Origin: Octopus sinensis | Lineage: Eukaryota | Direction: 5' to 3' | Length of the DNA stretch: 16,089 nucleotides | Assembly (NCBI RefSeq): GCF_006345805.1 | Contig: NW_021825223.1 | Coordinates: forward strand, 1 to 16,089 | Shown: positions 7,409-16,089 of the stretch, piece after piece | How positions within the stretch are numbered: the first letter of the stretch is position 1 | How the letters are laid out: every line of letters starts with the position of its first letter | Position numbers and translations under genes: made by a program | Notes under the pieces: model-generated | What the model saw: the letters and a program-made list of their open reading frames with translations, nothing else | The model's database searches: none | What the model was told of the DNA's origin: nothing

Positions 7409-7919
7409 CTATATATAAAAACTCTAGTTTGTGTGAGTGTCTGTCCCCTTCGATTTAGATTCCTAACTCCTCCCACATTTTGCGGTGCAGTTTAACCAAA
7501 TTCGGGTATCTTATAGTCGTGATTCATATCGAGCCCGTCTGACTATTAGCGCGCGTCAACGATGAGTCTACGATTTAAAAATAATTTAACATCATTTTTT
7601 ATTCCATTTTAATGCATAAAATGCATCGTGTGTCGATGGCGGCGGAGTTGGCGTCCACGCTCACAGCTGCACCTGTTTGCTTCTCCCCCTTCCCTCCCTC
7701 GTGAAGCTTTGGGGAAGGGAGTGTAAAGAAATCAACGTCGTAATGCGTTGTGAAGGAGACCAGCGTTTCTTTTAGAACAACGACTTCATGGCTTGAAGAC
7801 ACCAAAACAAAAATGGCTAAGAAAGCCCGAATTGGCATCTATAAGGGAAGTAACTCTCTAAAAATGCTTATATAGTTATTTCCCTTACAAACCCGAGCAA
7901 CGCCGGGCGATACTGCTAG
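7408..7919 (+). mobile_element. Non-autonomous Helitron, copy 1 (512 bp)
   Basis: 5' A|TCTATATATAAAA; 3' GC-rich hairpin CCCGAGCAACGCCGGG (7892-7907) 8 nt before a terminal CTAG (7916-7919) followed by T; no TIR or target duplication. These are the established Helitron terminal signatures. Confidence 0.85.
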
Positions 7920-8316
7920 TCTTTATATATAAAAGTGAAGTTGTGTGAGTGTCTGTCTCCTGCGATTTAGATTCCTAACTACTCCCACATTTTGCGGTGC
8001 AGTGTAACCAAAACCGGGTATTTTATAGTCGTGATTCATATCGAGCCCTTCTGGGTATTAGCGTGCATCTACGATGAGTCTACGATTTTAAAAATAATTT
8101 ACCATCATTTTTTTTCCATTTTAATGCATTTTTTTCGCTATTATATAAGGGAAGTAACTCTCTAAAATTGTCTACGATGAGTCAACAACGATTTAAAAAA
8201 ATTTACCATCATTTTTTTTTTCCATTTTTAATGCATGTTTTTGCTATTTTTTGGCTATAACTCTCTAAAAAAGCTTATATAGTTATTTCCCTTACAAACC
8301 CGAGCGATACTGCTAG
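7920..8316 (+). mobile_element. Non-autonomous Helitron, copy 2 (397 bp), head-to-tail with copy 1
   Basis: Starts TCTTTATATATAAAAG. The first ~200 bp is closely similar to copy 1 (roughly 85-90%). Ends ACCCGAGCGATACTGCTAG|T (CTAG 8313-8316). Internal tandem duplication 8068-8170 / 8171-8272. Confidence 0.85.
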
Positions 8317-8330
8317 TATAAATATATATA

Positions 8331-8616
8331 TTCTTTTACTTATTTTAGTAATTTGGCTGCAGCCATGCCGAGAGCACCGCCTTTAGTCGAATAAATCGAC
8401 CCCAGAACTTATTCTTTGTAAGCGAAGTACTTATTCTATCGGTCACCTTTCACGTAAACACATCAACATCTGTTATCAAGTTACGAGTGGGGGACAAACA
8501 CAGACAAACATATACATACATAATATATATATGTATATATATACGACGGGCTTTTTTCAGTTTCCGTCAGCCAAATCCACTCACAAGGCTTTGGTCGGCC
8601 TTTGGCTATTGTAGAA
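8331..8616 (-). mobile_element. SINE family 1, 5'-truncated copy with central microsatellite and 3' part
   Basis: 8541-8616 is the reverse complement of 3600-3679. A CA/TA tract lies at about 8495-8540. Assignment of 8331-8495 as the 3' half rests on my recollection of the octopus consensus and on motifs shared with family 2. Confidence 0.78.
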
Positions 8617-9194
8617 CGTCAAACTCCGAGTAACACAGCTCATCCGTTACATTTATCAACGCCTCTAGACTTTCACTGGTTCATTATCAGGATTTATATT
8701 ACTACAGACATGTGTGAAGACGAGATACAATGACCTTGTTTCAGTAGTGTTACCGATGTTACTAAACCGCACGTTACAGATATTTGATAGTGCATAGGAG
8801 AAGGAAAACAAAGTATTCAATACAAAATCATTGTGTCATATAAGATTACTCATTTGAAGGTGAAATGTCCGATCACAGCTCTCAAATTTGACTTCTATGA
8901 ATATCCGACACTTATGTAATGTTATTATCGAACATCTATTTATACACATCATGTAAGTCTGCTGATTTATCATCAAACCTTTTAAAACACATAAATTACC
9001 AAAACATATGTATTAAATTTGGTCATACGTTACCTCACTTTGTCTTCGCCCATTGCCCCCCAACAGCCCCCGTCTAGAATAATATGAGGAGCGAAGGATA
9101 TTTATTGTCACATAATATTCACTCTTTCTGCCCAATATTTCCAGCTTTTATCTTCTATTCTCCCCATCTATCAATATTGACTCAAACATTTTTT

Positions 9195-9660
9195 TCATCA
9201 TCATCACGATCACCAGAGCCACTACAACAGCCACCAGCAGTGTCAGCACCACCACTACTACCTTCTTCTTTGTCATCATCGCTGTCTTTGTCTCTTTGTC
9301 GTCATCATCATCATTATCATCACCATGATCACTATATCATCAACGTCTTCGCTCTCGTTGTTGTCATCGTCGTGGTTGTCGCCTTCCTCTTCTTCCGCCT
9401 CCTCTTCAATCGTCGTCATCATCATCATCAACAATATCACTAACAACATCGTCGTCATCATCATCATCAACACTACCATCGTCATCATCATCACCATTAT
9501 CATCATCACCACAACCATTATCATCCTCATCAGCATCATCAACACCATCATCGTCATCATCATCATCCCCATCACCATCATCATTATCATCATCATCATC
9601 ACCATTATCAACATCGTCGTCGTCGTCGGTATCATTGTCCTCCTTATTATCATCCTTCTC
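9195..9660. repeat. Degenerate trinucleotide tract (TCA/TCG/CCA)
   Basis: Read directly; source of the poly-I, poly-S, poly-H and poly-M ORFs. Contains the partner of 6609-6771. Confidence 0.9.
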
Positions 9661-9867
9661 CTCAGCTCATATTTTCATTAACAATTACTGCCCTCATTTA
9701 AATACCCCCCCCCAAAAAAAATATAAAGAAATTATAAAAGAAAAACGAAAATGAACAATAATTGTTACTAAATTTAATGCTAAAATTTCACATTCATTGA
9801 AAAACATTAGCGAGGTTTCCCCCACCCCTTTCTATCTCCAAACATCTTCCCTATCCCCTACTACAGT

Positions 9868-9948
<81 letters not shown>

Positions 9949-10093
9949 TATACATACTATACATGCATATATATACATGCATATATATTACATACATACA
10001 TATATACATATACATATACACACACACATATATATATATACATATATATACATATACATATATATACATATATATATATATACATATATATAC

Positions 10094-10126
<33 letters not shown>

Positions 10127-10447
10127 AATTTAGATATACGTGTCTTGATATTTACTTACAAACATACACACACATACATACATACATTCATAAATGCATA
10201 CATACATACTTACGTAAATACATACATGCATGCATACATATATATACACACACACACATGTATATAAATAAATTTGCATACATCTATATATGTATAGATA
10301 TTTACGTATGTATGTAGATTTATGTATAAATACATATACTTATATATGTAAATTTAAATTTACATATATTTAGATATCTACTCATATATGCATATGCATG
10401 AATATGAGTGCTAATGTCTATGTCTATACACATACATATATTATATT

Positions 10448-10539
<92 letters not shown>

Positions 10540-10558
10540 CTTACATATATATACACAC

Positions 10559-10600
<42 letters not shown>
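9868..10600. repeat. (TA)n/(TACA)n/(CA)n microsatellite field
   Basis: Read directly. Confidence 0.95.
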
Positions 10601-11012
10601 CAAATATTCAAAGATAGATTGATAGACAGATAGATAATGTGTCTATATAAATGTATGTATATAGATTTTTCATTTTATCTTCCCATATTATATCTATATC
10701 TATATATATATATATTTATTTACATTTTCCAACAAAATACTTTTAAATAAATTATAATAATATCCAGCTTGTTGTTTATTTAATTCAATGCAGAAAGCTG
10801 TCTTGTGAAGATTAATTAAGAAGGTTCCTTACACTCTTCATAACACTCTCATACTTCTCTCATTATTCTCCACACACATACAGACGCGTGCGCACACACA
10901 TAAACACACACACACACGCGCATGCCATTATATATCTTTTTAATACCATTTTGTTTTATTTCTTTTTACCTCTTCTTAGATTAAAAAAGTCATTTCTTCT
11001 TGTTGTTGCTCT

Positions 11013-11130
11013 CGTCGTCGTCATCATCAACTACTACTACTACTACTACTACTACAACTACTAACTACTACTACAACTACAACAACTACTACTGCTACTG
11101 CTGCTGCCACCACCACCACCACTACTACTG

Positions 11131-11163
<33 letters not shown>

Positions 11164-11640
11164 ATAATAATAATAATAATAATGATAAGAAGAAGAAGAA
11201 AAAGGAGGAGGAAGAGGAAAAGAAGGAAGAGAAGAAGAAAATCAACAACGACAACAACAATAATAACAATAATATAACAGCTAGACAAATAACAACCATA
11301 ATAATAATTATAAAATAACAACAAAAAATATAATCGCCTTAATAATAAACACAATAACACCAATAGCAAGAACAACAATATTGATAATAACTATAATAAA
11401 AACACCAACAATAATAAAAATGATAGCATTAATAATGATGATGATGATGATGATGGTGATGATTTTGTTTTCGATTATATTTCATTTCATTTTATTTTAT
11501 CTATTATTATAATTATTATTATTGTTATTATTATCATTATTATTATTTTACTATTATTATTATTATTGTTATTATTATTATTATTACTATTATTTTATTA
11601 TTATTATTATTATTATTATTGTTATTATTATTATTATTAT
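11013..11640. repeat. Compound trinucleotide array (CTA, CTG, CCA, ATA, AGA, ACA, GAT, ATT)
   Basis: Read directly. Confidence 0.95.
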
Positions 11641-12009
11641 TTGCGGTTGTTGTTGTTTTAGAACGGTTTCTTCTTCACAGCAATTCTTTAATCTATAATC
11701 CATGTAGATTCACTTCTTAATTGACTATTGACCAAAACAAATAAAGAAAGAAAGAAAGAAAAAAATTAAATAAAGAAAAACGAAAAACAACAACACAAAC
11801 GAAAAAGAAAAATATAAATAATAATAATATAGCTCTTTTGATATCTTTAGTTTTTGTTTTTTAATATTTTGGCACTTTTTTGTTATATTTTGTTTTCTTT
11901 ATATGCTTTCTTTTTCTTTTTTTCTCTTACAAGCAATATGGTCGACATTGCTTGGCCCGAAAAATAACGTTAAACATTGATAAAAGTAGATTTTCTTTAA
12001 AAAAAAATT

Positions 12010-12028
12010 ATTATTTATTATCTTTATT

Positions 12029-12060
<32 letters not shown>

Positions 12061-12201
12061 TATTATTATTATTATCATCATCATCATTATTAAAAACAAC
12101 AGTAATAATAATAATAGTAATAATAATAATAATAATAATAATCATAATAATAATAATCATAATAATAATAACAATAGAAATTATCATCATTACTATTATA
12201 T

Positions 12202-12258
<57 letters not shown>

Positions 12259-12315
12259 ATGTTTTTACATCTTGTTGCTCTTGTTATAATTCTTACTTTA
12301 TCTTCATCATCCGCT

Positions 12316-12370
<55 letters not shown>

Positions 12371-12405
12371 TGTTGTAGTCATCATCATCATCATCATCAT
12401 CATTT
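12010..12405. repeat. Compound trinucleotide array (TCA, TTA, TAA, TAG)
   Basis: Read directly. Confidence 0.95.
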
Positions 12406-12599
12406 TGTTGAAGGGAAGGGTAAAAATCTTTGTTGCTTTACTTTGCTTGGTGTGGTCTGCCTGGGTCTTTTACTGATAACTTTCAATTAATATCTAATGA
12501 TAGAACAGCTTTGATGGAAACGAAGTTTTCCGCCATTTTGCAAGATCATATTTTTTTGGCAAAAGTCTGCATAATGGAACTGCCAGGACTCAAGCAAAT

Positions 12600-13330
12600 A
12601 CATAAACACACACACACATATATATATATAAACATGCACTTATATATGCACACGCGCTCGCCTGCACATGCAATGGCATACACAATACGCATGCACATGT
12701 ATGCACATATAAAAGCGAACACATATACACTTGCGATCACAATCACGCACAGACACATACATGCAAACACAAATAGATATGCATACATAAAACGCATACA
12801 CATACACACAAACGAACGCATACGTACAAATGCACATACACGCCCACATACAAGTTTGCACTTATATACACGCACACACGTGAAAATACCAATATTCACA
12901 TTGTTCGCAGACATATACAAGGACACACACAAAGTTATATATATATATGTATACAGATATATATATATATATACACACACATGCATACGTACACATGAAA
13001 GTAAACATACATTCACACAGAAATACATACAGACAGGTGATACTCATATATAGAGAAAGCATATATATATATATATATACACACACTTATACGCACGTAA
13101 ATACGCCTTCACCACTGCACATACTCAAACGCACACACACACTCTTTCACTCACTCACACACACACACATACACACACGAATAAATACATAGAAATACAC
13201 AAACAAGTAGCCATACACATACAATAATCATACCTACAAAAGCACATATATACATACATATACACACAGACCAACGTGTCTATACACATAAACACATTTA
13301 CAAGCAAAAAGAGAAACAACAGCAAATAGA
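12600..13330. repeat. Degenerate (CA)/(TA)/(CG) alternating purine-pyrimidine tract
   Basis: Read directly; source of the H/T/Y/I-rich and C/V/M-rich ORFs. Confidence 0.9.
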
Positions 13331-13549
13331 CAACACACCGCCACTACCATCACCACCACCATGAACAACAACAACAACAAATACATGAGCGAAACAGCCG
13401 TTCTTTTGATGTGTGTCGTATGGTGGACACGAATAATGTTTTATGGTATCGCAACACATCTAGTTCTAGGTTTTTTTACTTCCCTTTAACTATACCCGAA
13501 AGGACTGTATATTTTAAACGCAAAAAAAAATATATATAGCCCCTCTACC

Positions 13550-13891
13550 ATGCAATAACAACAACAACAGCAACAATAATAGTAGTAGTAGTAGTAACAA
13601 CAACAAAAATAATAATAATAATAATAATAATAAGTAAAAGAAAACATCATTCTCTTTCTTTCTGCCCCCCCTCTCTCTCTCTCTCTCCGTCTACGCTTCG
13701 CTCTCTCTCACCTTCTTTGTCTCTATCTCTCTCATTTTCAAACACACACAAAGTGACATATAGATATCCAAGTAAATAATATATATAGCTATATACGTAA
13801 TTTCATATATACATATATATAGATTTGCATACACACATATATATCTGTATATGTATGTATGTATGCAACATAAATATATACATAGATTTAT

Positions 13892-13934
<43 letters not shown>

Positions 13935-14030
13935 ATATAATAAATATATATATATATAATATATATATGTAATATATATATATATATATATTGTACGCAC
14001 ATACAAAATACATACATATGCGCACACATA
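13550..14030. repeat. Mixed microsatellites (ACA/AGT/AAT, CT, TA)
   Basis: Read directly. Confidence 0.9.
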
Positions 14031-14289
14031 TCCAAGGAAAGACAACTACAACAAAAACAGCAAGATTTTTAAATGTCAGTCATAGAGGCGAGATTCAAAC
14101 ATTATTTGCCACTGCTAACTGCTACGTGGCATTCCCAATAAAATATATGTAATGGCTGACAAAAAAGCTTCGCCTATTGGCAAAGTGAAAGTAGAATAAA
14201 ATAAGAAAATAAAAAAAAATACAAAACAGGTAATAAAAGAATGAGTAAAAAATCAATTCAATGGATTGGTTGGCTGTTTACATACTTTA

Positions 14290-14305
14290 TATATGTATAT
14301 ATGTG

Positions 14306-14336
<31 letters not shown>

Positions 14337-14442
14337 ATATATATGTATATATTTGTATTTTATTGCATTATATTTTATATTATTTTGTTTTATATATATA
14401 TATTTTTATATTTAAATTTGCTTGGTTGTTCTATTGCTTTCA

Positions 14443-14473
<31 letters not shown>

Positions 14474-14570
14474 ACTCTCTCTATCTATCTATCTATCTGC
14501 CTATGTCTCTCTATCTGTCAATCTCTCTATCTCATTTCAAAAAAAAAAAAGAAAGAAAGAAAGAAAGAAA
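14290..14570. repeat. Mixed microsatellites (TA, TG, CT, CTAT, AAAG)
   Basis: Read directly. Confidence 0.9.
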
Positions 14571-14829
14571 CCTATTACTTTCACAGTTCTTTCTGAGTTC
14601 ACAAGAAGTATACCACTCCCTCACCGAACACCAGACCCACATCATAACCACTAAAGCCACCGCCACCACCACCACCACCGCCACAACACGTACAGAAGAA
14701 CACGCACACCTATATATGCACACACACACACACATGTACAAACATACACTATCATTTTGACTGTACAAATAACAAACATCAGTTGTATTCATAGAGGTGA
14801 AAACGAAAGGGAGACAAAATGAGATTGAG

Positions 14830-15321
14830 CGTGTGTATGTGTATGTGTATAAATACATGTGCGTGCGTATGTGTATGTGTGTGTAGTTGTATGAACATAT
14901 AGCTATCTACGTGTACGTATATGTGTGTCTGAAGATACTTATATATGTGTGTGTATGTATGTATGTATGTGTATGCATATGTGTTGGTGTATACGCACAA
15001 AGAGAGAGAGAGAGAGAGTGAGAGAGATACAGACAGGTAGAGAGACAGACAGACAGACAGAGATGATAAGAGAGGGGTAGAGAGAGGGGAAAAGAAAGTG
15101 ACAGATATATTCGGACACATAAACACGCATACGTGCACAAATACACACTTACACACACACATATGTCAATATTTATAAAAATGTACACAAATTTCTATAT
15201 GTGTCTGTGTGTGAATACACACGCAATATATATATATATATATCTATATACATACACACAACTATGTGTGCGAATTTGTATACGCCTGCATGTGCGTCAG
15301 AACGTGTATACGCGTGCGCGC

Positions 15322-15358
<37 letters not shown>

Positions 15359-15532
15359 CAGCATAATTTCTATATACGCATATAACTCTGTATATATGCA
15401 TATATATGTGTGTGTGTATGCATGTATATATATATATATATATATAATATAATATATATATCTATATATATATATATATTATATATAGATAGATAGATAG
15501 ATACACAAATACACAGACATGTTCATATATTC

Positions 15533-15563
<31 letters not shown>

Positions 15564-15620
15564 ATATGAATATATGAACATGTGTGTGTATTTGTGTATC
15601 TATCTATCTATTTATCTATA

Positions 15621-15689
<69 letters not shown>

Positions 15690-15700
15690 GTATGCATACA
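14830..15700. repeat. Mixed microsatellites (TG, AG, GACA, CA, TA)
   Basis: Read directly; contains the long palindrome at 15485-15615. Confidence 0.9.
15485..15615. repeat. 131-bp near-perfect palindrome (63-bp arms, 5-nt loop)
   Basis: Base-by-base pairing of 15485-15547 with 15553-15615 gives two mismatches (15516/15584 and 15488/15612). The arms include the non-microsatellite core ACACAAATACACAGACATGTTCATATATTC. Confidence 0.92.
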
Positions 15701-16089
15701 TGCAAGGAAAAACGCCATTTGTAAGAAGAGCACGAAAATGTTCATAAAAGAATGTTAATTTTTCTGTAGTAATGGGAAATATATTTATATTTTTTGCTTA
15801 TTGAAAAAGAAAATGGCGTTCTTCTTTTTTTTATATTCTTGTATTCGCCACATTATAATCGCTGGATTTATATAATGTTTCATGAGTCCTCCCTCGCACC
15901 TACCTCCACCATTCGCTATAATTTATGGCGTACTCCTTTGATTTCCCGAATATATTTTTTGAGCGAATTTTAAAAACACATTCCCTCCCAAACATAATAT
16001 ACACTTATTTATGCATAAATGAATAGATAATAATTCCATAACTATGTATGTATGTGCATGAGTGTATATATATATATATGTACGTATGT

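Noticed and set aside
8700-8958. Plus-strand exon ending at the GTAAGT donor-like site (8953-8958)
   Set aside because: No frame I translated stays open from the candidate upstream acceptor to the donor; GTAAGT alone is common in AT-rich DNA.
12484-12537. Minus-strand start exon CAAAATGGCG (MAENFVSIKAVLSLDIN)
   Set aside because: Stop after 17 codons with no GT donor before it.
12430-13053. 207-aa ORF as a real gene
   Set aside because: About three quarters is (CA)/(TA) repeat translation; the unique ~58-aa start is unrecognised and begins at a non-ATG codon.

Overview
AT-rich, microsatellite-saturated animal genomic DNA with no supportable intact protein-coding gene, RNA gene or CRISPR array. 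The two SINE families and the repeat landscape match what I recall of Octopus genomes (inference, not a database result). The first 8.6 kb is a transposon graveyard: (1) an internally deleted DD37D (maT-type) Tc1/mariner on the minus strand; (2) a 545-bp internally deleted DD34D mariner with near-perfect 30-bp TIRs and TA flanks; (3) six copies of one tRNA-derived SINE in mixed orientation and two partial copies of a second SINE; (4) a head-to-tail pair of non-autonomous Helitrons. From about 9.2 kb on, the window is almost entirely di-, tri- and tetranucleotide repeats with short unique islands. Most ORFs in the supplied track are microsatellite artefacts. I cannot support a new biological system here. 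The best leads are the Helitron dimer, the inverted SINE cluster (possible dsRNA/ADAR substrate), an apparent templated insertion, long fold-back palindromes, a small ETS/CCAAT motif island and a candidate 40-nt micro-exon. All alignments and identities were done by eye.
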